In this document: positions 53,554-64,000 of the stretch, piece after piece
How positions within the stretch are numbered: the first letter of the stretch is position 1
How the letters are laid out: every line of letters starts with the position of its first letter
DNA from: Parasitella parasitica NRRL 2501
Lineage: Eukaryota; Fungi; Mucoromycota
Reading direction: 5' to 3'
DNA length: 64,000 bases
NCBI GenBank assembly: GCA_025201805.1
Contig: MU619266.1
Location: 1-64,000, forward strand
Translations under genes and position numbers: made by a program
The notes under the pieces: model-generated
The model's input: the letters and a program-made list of their open reading frames with translations, nothing else
What the model was told of the DNA's origin: nothing
Database searches by the model: none

Positions 53554-54483
53554 AATTGGTTTTCCTAGGCAGCGTAATGCAATGGAAGAGAAAAAGAGAA
53601 ATTAGAGGAAAGAAAAGAGAAATAAAGGGAATGCGAGCAAAGAGAGAGTAAAAGGTTAATGTTCCAGCCCTTCAAAGAAAAATGGCATCTTTATATAAGG
53701 TTGACTCTTTCATTCACAGTCATCATGCTTGCCATTGTGTAAATACAGTTGGTATTATTGATCCGTCATTTCCATTTAAGTACCTGACAATGGAAATCGA
53801 AAACTCTTAAAACTGCAGGTTTGTTGCCAGATGAAATTATAGAACGATGCTATGAACTAAAATCATTAAATCAATGTCTCACTGTTGCTTACCATTATAC
53901 GGCACATTACGCTTTAGGATTATCGCTATTACGCTTGACGGTACTACACGAAGCAAACATGAATTCATGTCCAGATCTTGACAACAAAATTCATACTTGA
54001 AAGCAATCATATTGAACATTCTCCATAAAAAAATATAGTATGCAATATTAGAAGCTTGCAGATTTTAAGTAATAATGGTCATAAGAATCAATGCTGTAGA
54101 TGCTGAGAAAAAACCCTTTAAACTTTAAATTGCCCTGAAAATCCGACTTTCTTAATTTGTTTCTTCTGCTGTTCATTGTCGAACAATATGAATGCAGACG
54201 ATTTATTGAATTAAGAATTTTTTTTTAATTAAATCATCAGGCTTTGATAAATTGATGTCCTATTTCCATTAGCAGCAATATATCAGCAGGGATGCAAATC
54301 CAGAGGCTGATACATCTCGCAAAATAACACTAAAAAACAAGGTTTGTTGGCTCCCGAAACCCACATTTATGGCTTGATATCTTGGCGATTATTAGCACAT
54401 CTACCGTTTTAGGAGGACGAATTTTCTACAGAGTATGTTGCATTGGCACCCAGAGTTTGTTCGACTACTGCCAAATCAGGCAC

Positions 54484-54489
54484 ACGCGT
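54484..54489. promoter_or_regulatory. MCB-like element (ACGCGT) ~100 bp upstream of SMC2
   Basis: Exact ACGCGT hexamer, with another CGCG core nearby (~54527). Confidence 0.35.
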
Positions 54490-54590
54490 GGCAAGAGATA
54501 GATATTGTTTGTGTTCCAAGCGTGACCGCGGTGAAAGGTCAACATTTCGTTTTTCATTTTGGCAACATCCGCATCTTGTTTTGCTGCACA

Positions 54591-57500
54591 ATGTATCTTG
54601 AAGAACTGCTTATCGAAGGGTTCAAGTCTTATGTGTCAAGAACTCAAATTACAGGATGGGACCCCGAATTTAATGCTATCACTGGCCTGAATGGCACTGG
54701 CAAATCCAACATTTTAGATGCTATTTGCTTTGTATTGGGTATCACCAACTTGTCTCAGGTAAGCTGAATAGTTAATAACAAAGGGCTTTTTAGATTGACA
54801 GAATCTTTGATTAGGTGAGAGCAAGCAATCTTCAAGATTTGATTTATAAACGTGGCCAAGCAGGTGTGACAAAGGCTTCTGTTACCATTGTGTTTAACAA
54901 TGAGGATAGGGACAGAAGCCCAGTCGGTTTTGAAGCCTACAAACAGATCACCGTGACCAGACAAGTAGGCTAGATATAGATATATAGTTAATATATAGTT
55001 ATAAATATATATATACATATTTATATATATATCTATATTTATATATACAGGTCATTTGTCGGAGGCTTGCAGTATTAACATGATACGGATAGGTATTGAT
55101 GGGTGGCAGAACCAAATACATTGTCAATGGTCACAATGCGCAACAGCAAACAGTTCAGAACCTCTTCCAATCAGTCCAATTGAACATTAACAATCCCCAT
55201 TTCTTGATAATGCAGGGTCGTATCACCAAAGTGCTAAACATGAAACCCGCCGAAATTTTGAGTATGGTGGAAGAAGCTGCAGGAACAAAGATGTTCGAGG
55301 ATCGAAAAACAAAAGCTATTGCAACTATGGCCAAAAAAGAGCGCAAAGTCGAGGAGATCAACACACTTTTACTAGAGGACATCATTCCCAAGTTGGACCA
55401 TCTTCGTGCAGAGAAACGAGTTTATCTGGATTTTCAAAAGAACGAGGCCGAGATGGAACGATTAAACCGTCTAGTCATTTCTTACGAATACAACAAGCAT
55501 GAAGAAAAGCTCAGCAAGTCTGGAGCAGACAATGATGCCAAAATCAACGAGCTCAAAACAAAAGTGCAGGCTGCCCAAGACGACATCAAAAAGCTGGAGC
55601 TGCAGAAAAAATCCGTATCTGAAAAAATGAAGAAGGATTCATCCAGTGGCATCAAAATTCGTGAGTTGGAAGCTCAGATCAAGGAACACTCGACTCAATT
55701 GGTGAGACTAAAGACCAAAAAGGACTTGCTGGAGTCGTCCACAACCGACGAACAAAGGTCTTTGTCACAGCTGGCTACTCAGAAAGGCGAATTAGCACTG
55801 AACCTGGACGAAAAAAAACACGCTTTCGAGAGAATCAACCAAGAATATGAAGTGTTCAAGAAAGACTACGACGAAAAGACGGCAGAAATGAAGAATACAG
55901 ATGAACTGATTCAAACATTGACTACGGGCATCTCTGCAGAAGAAGGGCGTGAGAATGGCTACATGGAACAGCTGCAGCATGCTAAAAACACTGTGAATCA
56001 AGCGTCGACGTCTGAGGAGCAAGCGTTATTGAAGATCAGACATTTGCAAAGAGAGCTTGCAGAGAAGGAGCCGCAAGCAGTGAAAGCACTGGCAGAAAGC
56101 CAAGGCTCTGTAATAGCATTGGAGCAAAAAAAGATTGAAATCTCTAAAACCCAAACTCAATTGAACGCATTGAACTGGGATCCAGAGATGGAGAATAGCC
56201 TATTGCGCAGAAAAAATGGCGAACAAGATAAAGTGAATGAATTGTATGACGAAAAAGAATCATTGACAAGAAAGTTGTCCAGTCTTAATTTCCAGTACTC
56301 CAATCCCACACCTGATTTTGATCGCTCGCAGGTCAAGGGTCTCGTTGCTGAACTAATCACACTGGACAAAAAGCATTTTGAAGCCTCTACAGCTCTAGAA
56401 ATTTGTGCTGGTGGTAAACTATACAATGTTGTTGTCGAAAATGAAAAAGTGGGAGCACAGCTTTTGGATGGCGGTAGATTGAAGCGTCGTTGGACATTGA
56501 TTCCACTTAATAAGATCCAGGGGCAAAAAATATCTGATAGTAAGCTGCAAGCAGCCCGAGATATTGCTCCGGGCAAGGTGGATTTAGCATTAAGCTTGGT
56601 GGGATATGAAAATGAAGTTTATCAAGCTATGGAATGGATCTTTGGCAGCACTTTTATATGTCATGACGCTCAGACAGCAAAAGATGTAACGTTTAACAAG
56701 CAAATTCGTGCCAAATCGGTGACCTTGGATGGAGACGTGTATGATCCCTTTGGTACTCTTTCCGGTGGATCCAAACCCAATTCAGCTGGCATTTTAGTCA
56801 AGGTGCAGGAATTGAATCAAGTAAATCAGGAAATTGAACATCACACCAGATTATTGGAATCCTTAAATAGGGAGATTCATGCATCGCAAAAGTCAATTGT
56901 TGATTACAAGAAATGCAAGCAACGTTTAGATCTTCAAACACATGAGTTGACTTTACTTGAGCAAAGGATGAGCAAAAGCACACATGCTCAATTAGCTGCC
57001 CGTGTCGAATCATTGAGAGCACAAATTGTTCAACAAGAGGAGATTGTGCACCAGGCTGAACAAGATAAACAAACTGCCTTGCAAGAATGTGATCGTATTG
57101 AAAGCGAGATGGCCGATTTTAACAACAACAAGGATTCAAAGCTTGATGAAATGAACGTACGTACGTATGAATTTGTAATGTGTATGGTGTTTAATGCCTT
57201 GAAATACCTGCATAGGCTCGTGTGGAGAAGCTAAAGTCCCAGCTGAAGAAGAGTGCTATCAAATTAAAAGACATGCAGCGTGCAGTACAAACATTTGAAC
57301 TCGAGATAGAACAGCTGGAAACAGATATCGTCATTTGCGATAATGAGATGCAAAAAGTGCGTGATGCTATTGACGAGTACAAGACAGCGACAGTCAACAT
57401 GAAGCAAGAAATGGACACAATAACAGATGCAATGAAGGAGGCCAAAGACGAGCTGGAGACAGAAAACAGGGCCTTGAATGCTCACAATGAGGAATTTAAC

Positions 57501-58606
57501 GATCTAAGTGCTATCCATGAGCGTAGAGCGGCTGAATTGGTCGACATAAGTTTACGTGTACAAAAGATCACTCATGATAATGAACGATTCCAAAAAGAAA
57601 AGCAGACTTCTGAACAAACAGTGCGTGATTTGGAAGCTCAGAATAATTGGATTGCGGATGAAAAACAGTAAGTGACACACACACATACACACACGCTGCT
57701 CGTTGAAATGCATGCTGATTTTGCCACTGCTTTGGTATAGCTTGTTTGGCCAACCTGGCTCTGCTTATGATTACAACAACATTAGCTTGGTTGATGTGCG
57801 AAAGCAGCTTCAGCAATTAAGCTCAAACCACGAAAAAATGCGCAAGCAGATCAATGTACGTGTTATGAACATGATTGACAAGTAAGGATATATACAATAG
57901 AGTCTACTTTACGCGGTATTTGACCTTTATACTAGCGTTGAAAAGAAGGAGGCCTCCTTGAAAGAAATGCTGTCTACAGTTCAAAAAGACAAGCAAAAGA
58001 TTGAGGATACCATTGTTACTCTTGAAAACTACAAAATGGAAGCTCTTGACAAGACATTTCGCAAAGTGAATCAAGATTTTTCAGACATCTTTGGCGATCT
58101 TTTGGACGGAAATACATGCAAATTACAGGCCCCTGAAGGGAAGTTGATTTCCGACGGGCTAGAAGTGAAAGTATGTCTTGGTGGTGTTTGGAAGCAAAGC
58201 CTAACAGAATTGAGTGGTGGTCAAAGGTAAAATGGCGTTTGTGCTCGTTCTAAGCGCATGTCTAATTGTTTGTATTCCTCCTAGATCGCTTATCGCTTTA
58301 TCATTGATTCTTTCACTACTTCAATTCAAACCAGCGCCCATGTACATTCTCGATGAAGTCGACGCAGCCCTTGATTTATCTCATACCCAAAATATCGGTT
58401 CTTTATTACGAACACGGTTCAAAGGGTCTCAATTCCTTGTGGTTTCATTGAAAGATGGTATGTTTAATAATGCCAATGTCTTGTTCAAGACAAGATTCAA
58501 GGATGGCACATCAGTCGTTGAGAGAACTACACCGCATAGAAAAGAAACTGGTCGTAAGCGTGGACGCAATGACAAAGAGAATAGGCCTGTCATTGCCTCA
58601 TCTTAA
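54591..58606 (+). CDS. SMC2: Condensin subunit SMC2
   Basis: EGFKSY; Walker [21 protein letters not shown]; [10 protein letters not shown]; hinge [13 protein letters not shown]; [11 protein letters not shown]; [23 protein letters not shown]. Confidence 0.97.
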
Positions 58607-58781
58607 ATAAACATTTCTGCCCCATAATAGTATTTGACATGATTCTTGAGACACTACAAATAATAATGGTTGAGGCTTGTCGTTTCTAAATGCTGCTGAA
58701 ACTTGAACCTTTTTCCGGCTTGAAATCGCGTTTGCTCTGCTGTATTTTTCTTTATTTTGACTGACATTTACACAACACGCC

Positions 58782-59802
58782 ATGAAAAGAAGTAGAGAAA
58801 ATCAAGCGGCTGCTCCCAACAAAAAGCAAACAACATTGCTTTCTATGTTCAAGCCTGTGGCGAACGCTTCTTCTACTGCAACTGGAACTAATGTTGAAGC
58901 TTTGAGGGTATCAACAGGCACAGGCACAGGCACCAAGCAAAAGAACCCTAGCGATTTATTTAAAAACGTGGACCAAGAAACCTTGGATTTGCTTGATCTC
59001 GAGATCACTTCGCTAAACTATGGATGGCTCAAAGAACTTGCGCCTGAATTAACCAAGGCCTATTTCTTAAAGTTGAAAAAGTACCTGAAAGAAGAAATAG
59101 CAGCCAAGAAGACTATATTCCCACCTTGTAAGTTAAACTCGTACTCTTGGATGAAACAATCAACTAACACATATAACGGGCAGTGAACCAGATTTACAGC
59201 TGGTCAAATTACACACCTCCCTCAAAAGTCAAGGTTGTCATTCTCGGTCAAGACCCTTATCATAATTTCAACCAAGCACATGGTCTGTGTTTCTCCGTTA
59301 TCAAAGGGGTGAAAGTCCCACCATCGCTTGTCAACGTGTACAAAGCACTGCAGATCGACTATCCAGACTTCAAGATTCCAACACATGGCTATTTGGAAGA
59401 ATGGGCCAAGCAAGGAGTTTTGCTGTTGAATACTAGTCTGAGTGTAGAGGCACATAAGGCGGGAAGTCATGCTAATCAGGGATGGGAGCAATTTACTGAC
59501 GCCGTTATTAAGTACCTCAATGAGAAGAGAGTAAACATTGTGTTCATGTTGTGGGGATCTCATGCGCAAAAGAAAGGTGCTCGTATTAACAAATCCGTAA
59601 GTTAAACAGAATGAAATGTCTTGAATGCATCATCTTAACGATCATTTCATAAATATAATAGAAGCATTGCGTTCTCTCCAGCGTTCATCCTTCACCGCTG
59701 TCTGCTCACCGAGGATTTTTTGAATCCGGTCACTTTAAAAAGGCAAATGAATACCTAAAAGAGCATGGCCAAGACGAAATTAATTGGAATTGTTTAGTGT
59801 AA
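58782..59802 (+). CDS. UNG1: Uracil-DNA glycosylase (family 1), 3 exons
   Basis: N-terminal PIP-box-like QTTLLSMF; GQDPYH; VPPSL; GVLLLN; VHPSPLSA. Confidence 0.96.
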
Positions 59803-59852
59803 TTGTATTATATAGTTGTAATAATCGTTGTAATAAACACACAAAAGAGGGG

Positions 59853-61321
59853 TCAAACGTCAACCATCACGTCTTTTCCTCTTGAATCTTGCTTGCACAT
59901 TGGACATCTAAAATTCAATGCTAGCCATTCATGCACACAGGCCTTATGAAAGTGATGTTTGCACCTAGTGTAAATGCTCATCAGAAGCTAGCCACAATCG
60001 ACTGGGATTACACTTACCATAACCTGCATAAAACATCGCCATCTTCGTACGTTGATAGACAAATCACGCAAACTTGATCCTGGACGTCTGGTATTTCTAA
60101 TATATCTAGGTCCTGCTCAATTTCTGATGGCGTATCAACCAAGCCTAAATATAGCCATAATTTATCAAATAGACCGGGCTTTTGTTTTTGATGTTGTCGC
60201 TGATGATGGTCTGATTTACTAAGATCAATTGTAATTTGGGTATCGTTTAGTGTTGTTAGTGTTGTTAGTGTGGTTGAGGTAGTGGTAGTGGCAGTAGTGG
60301 CAGTAGTGGCAGTAGTGATAGTGGCAGTGGGATTTACGAGTTTAATATGATTTGATGTTTCTGTGGAGCCTATGATTGATTTGAATTGATAAACTGGAAT
60401 TGCTGCTATTTCTTCAGCTGTGGCGCCACCCATGTAAACACCATCATCCACATGCAATAATCGCATGCCCACTAGTACACATGGCAAACAAAACATAACC
60501 GAAGTACATAAGAAGATGGGCACAGACAATATGAGGTATCCATATACAATCAATCCAAGCGACAAGTAATACAATGGCTGTGCTGTATCTGAGCATGTGG
60601 ATGAAGAAAATAACATATAATTTCCAATGATAAACCATAAAACAGCAAACAAGTCCAAAGCTGATTTTGCTCTATCAATCCACGCTTTCAACAAGTTATC
60701 ATCCAGCATATCTGGCTGCAGTCGTTGCGCTGTAGGTTGTGGTATTTGATGTGCTGGCGTCAAGAAAGCAGGATATTGATTTCGATTTGTAGATGTTGGC
60801 AAAATAGGAGGTGGAAATGAGACAGGTCTGTTGCGCTCGCTCATGGCGTATGCTTCGCTTAATTCAGCTCTTGCGCTAGATCGAGGAGATACAATAGTAC
60901 TTGTCGGCCTGCGACGAGGTGCTAAATGCAGATAAATAGTAATGGGGGCAGTTAAAACCAAACGTAAAATGTACACGGTAACAAACACTCTTAGAGGTTT
61001 ATCGCAATACATTTCCCAAGAATAGAATAGCACAGCTATACTTGCAATGATCTGCATACCGACTAGTGTCATTGAGCATCCCAACAGTAACTTTGATTGT
61101 CTTGAACTTCTACGCCAATTCAGCACAAAATGAGTAAACCAGTGCGATCTTACTCTTCTTGATGTTGGTGCCGTACTTCTGGAAAAATTTACGGCATTTG
61201 AAGCGGAATTGGACAATATCTGTGGCAAGGCAGGCCGTGTTGAGGAGGAGGACGAGGAAGCTGATGAAAATGATAGATTGGATGGCTGATGTCGATGACT
61301 TAAGCTGGTATTTGAAGGCAT
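59853..61321 (-). CDS. Multi-pass transmembrane RING-H2 E3 ubiquitin ligase, 2 exons
   Basis: TM segments (WFIIGNY, FCLPC), GATAEEIAAIPVYQF, and spliced RING CVICLSTYEDGDVLCRLW|CKHHFHKACVHEWLALNFRCPMCKQ. Confidence 0.92.
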
Positions 61322-62253
61322 TTAATCGCTATAACAAGAATTGGTTAGTACTCAGTTATTACAACACACCCTCAGAAAGACAAATTTACATGTATAGAGG
61401 TTATGTAGAATAGATAGATTTCGAGTTAAACATGTATACTACACAAATAATAACAAAAAAGAATTATATATTATGTACAAAAAGGACCAATCTATGTCTG
61501 AAGACCCTTTTTTTTTAGTTTTACATATAACAATATATAAAATGAGAGAAAGAAAGAAAAAAAAAATACTAGAAGGGCTAGACAAAAAGGATTATAAGCA
61601 TTTTATTGGCTCGGTCGCCTTTCCCTCTCTCCTCTCCACCATGTCAATATATGTTCGTATATGTGACACCAAAATGAATATATGAGCATGGATTTGTAAA
61701 ATGTTGTTCTATTGCCTGACATTTTTCTTGCACTAATGTCGATCACCTAATAATAGTCAGTGATTCATTTGTTATATTTATTCTCTCTCAAATTTTGAAA
61801 TCATCATTCAACTTATCGTGACAATAGGCGGCTCATAGGAACCACAATCATTTCCTGGAATTTGGAATGAGATGTATTAAATGACATATTTTTATGCTAT
61901 TACTATTCTCTATTCAGGAATTCCTATGGCCTATTTGGTATTCATCTAGAGATTTTGCATAAAATCCGTATGCTACTTGGCTTTTATAAAATATGTCTTA
62001 AGGTAAAATCGACTACCCCTTTAACCAACTTTTTCATCTGGAGAAAACATTTATTTTTATGCGCCTGTGTTATGAAGCTTTTGATCCGCCTTACAAAAAT
62101 AACACCATTTGCTATTATAACGAATCAGAAAGAATGGTTCCATGTTATGGCGAAATCAAATGCGAAATGATAAGAAAGCATTTTTAACGAGATGCAGATG
62201 TAGCTTTTTATTGGTGTTAAAAAATGAACACCAGAAAGGGATTCTCACAATAA

Positions 62254-62937
62254 TCAATCAATAAAATATTTGAGAGGTTCTTCAATAGGCCAAATAGCAG
62301 TTCTTTCTCCAGTTTTTGCGCTTTCTTCAGTAAGAATAGAATAGAAGTCAACCCTCTCGTTTTCAGGATCGTCATGATACTTGTGACATCTGTATAAAAC
62401 ATTCTTAGTTTGCTATAATCATCCTCTGATAAATCAAGATTTACCTAACATGAATATACTTTTCTTCATCAATCTCAATCTTACCAAAGTAGTTGTAGCC
62501 ATAAGAAACTTCTTCTACAGCATAATTTTTTAGTTTATAAAAATCAATCTTCTTCAAATCATCCATGACGTGAAAATCAGGATGAACGTTGTCTTCATGT
62601 TTAAGCTTGTATGGAAGCAAAATGGTCATTATCATGTTCTCGTCTCGCATTTTAATGATTAGCAAAAATTTTACCTCTTTGAGCTAATACAAAGTGACAT
62701 CAATACCATGGACAATGACCATGCCATTTCAACTCGAAACTTACTTTGTCGATAACTTTCTCTTTAACACAATGGAAGACCTACAAATAAAGATCGCGTT
62801 AAATACATACTATGTGTACAGTATCTTTGTTTTCTTCTCGCTCCGTTTCGCCTTTTAGAATAATAAAAACTTACAGCTTTTGCTTCGGGAGTGGGGTCCA
62901 GAACAGGCCCCATTTTATTGTGCTTAACATCAGACAT
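62254..62937 (-). CDS. Stefin/cystatin-fold small protein (~134 aa), 5 predicted exons including a 9-nt micro-exon
   Basis: Exons 62937-62875, 62780-62745, 62683-62675, 62605-62445 and 62389-62254 splice (GT-AG) to MSDVKHNKMGPVLDPTPEAKAVFHCVKEKVIDKLKELKH…YKLKNYAVEEVSYGYNYFGKIEIDEEKYIHVRCH…EEPLKYFID. This follows the stefin pattern PATxE…Y-x-QVVAGTNYFIKV…HLRV…DELTYF. Confidence 0.7.
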
Positions 62938-64000
62938 TTGTTGTATTGGCGAGAAAAGAAAAAGTAGGTTGTAAAAGAAAAATGAAAAAAGTGATGAAGC
63001 GAATTACGTTTTACCCAAAAGGCTTTGTAAACATGCTGTGCAACCATTTCGGACAAACTTCTAATTTTGTTTTTTGGTAAAACGTCAACTATTCCATATT
63101 ATTATCGTCATTGGGTTACTACTTTGCCAAAATGCGCCAATATACTGCCTGAGTTCCACAATCTGCAGTCATCTGTATCTGATGGTGCTTATACATTAGT
63201 ATGAGCTGTACCTTTTCCATCATATTACTGAGTGCACCATCAATACAGCTCTAGGATACCACCTTTCATCATAACAAGGAGAAACGGCGCAATGACGTGT
63301 AATAAAGTTTCCAAAGTAAACTCACGCCATGATATGTACAGCAGGTGCCGATTACTGTTGTACTATTATTTGTTTGTTTTCAAGTTTTTAAACTTTCAGG
63401 TAGGCCAAGAAGTATACATTACAAAGCTTTGTCGGGGGCAATCATTAAATGTATTGCTGGCATTTGGTTAATTTTACATGTGACCCAAATGATGCGTCTA
63501 CAAGTTATTTGACGTATATATCTAGTATCAATTTTATGTTTCGTTTTTATATTAACACAACCTATGCACCACGAAGCATTGCCCAGCACGTGCTGCCGCA
63601 GACCTGTTTCGCTTCACGAAGCAGAGATGTTCAATTTGATAATTGTGCCACACGCTTGATAATGGCAACCACTTCAGCAAATAAATATTTTTCTAGTGAG
63701 GATGTGATATCTTTATTATTCTTATACTTCGCTACTGCTGTCTAAAGAAATAGTAATGTGTGGTTCATAACCTTTGCTAAAGATTACCACTTATCCAAAA
63801 TTTGATATGTATATCACTATATCTTGTTCCCGTCGCATGCCTGCACATAAACAGGTAGCTGCAAAGACACCAGCTTTCGTAGAAAAATTGCCTATAAATG
63901 CCTATAGCTTTAGGTAAAAAGAACAAACCAAGCCATGTTTTATATTTCACTGATACCGCCATGATCAGGGCTAACTAACGTTTACTTTATTTCCACTGGA

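Noticed and set aside
54965-55050. (TA)-rich tract in SMC2 intron 2
   Set aside because: Simple low-complexity microsatellite-like sequence.
62816-62828. GTACAGTATCTTT, identical to the left boundary of the mini-element (14132-14144)
   Set aside because: It lies inside the 94-nt first intron of the intact stefin-like gene, similarity stops after 13 nt, and there is no partner terminus. Treated as chance.
62892-62912. GC-rich hairpin GGGGTCC…GGCCCC
   Set aside because: It is coding sequence (MGPVLDPT) of exon 1 of the stefin-like gene.
63100-64000. Short ORFs and coding-like fragments at the right edge
   Set aside because: No recognisable motifs or consistent exon chain, so no call can be supported.
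1-64000. CRISPR arrays, tRNA and rRNA genes
   Set aside because: None recognised by eye: no regularly spaced direct repeats, cloverleaf or rRNA signatures.

Overview
Gene-dense, intron-rich, AT-rich eukaryotic DNA from an early-diverging fungus, most likely Mucorales (short GT-AG introns, fused FAS, SCAMP). Housekeeping genes in order: AP-2 beta adaptin, TatD/Scn1-like hydrolase, SR-type RRM protein, Ugo1, prenylcysteine oxidase, phospholipase/carboxylesterase, F-box/LRR protein, Rom1/2-type RhoGEF, RPS17, DPM3, Ale1-like MBOAT, SCAMP, peroxisomal ABCD transporter, a small SUZ-domain gene, tricalbin, a single-chain fungal fatty acid synthase (~3,900 aa), a Q-rich non-RD kinase, SMC2, UNG1, a membrane RING-H2 ligase and a five-exon stefin/cystatin-like gene. 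Accessory DNA: at the left edge, the 5' half of an intron-containing, frameshifted ORF resembling the WED/REC half of a Fanzor1 (TnpB-derived RNA-guided nuclease). It lies inside an element whose hairpin-bearing end (2079-2168) recurs in a 135-bp mini-element (14135-14269) that truncates an amino-acid-permease pseudogene. Family assignments come from motif recognition by eye; no searches were run. Exon boundaries are manual predictions.
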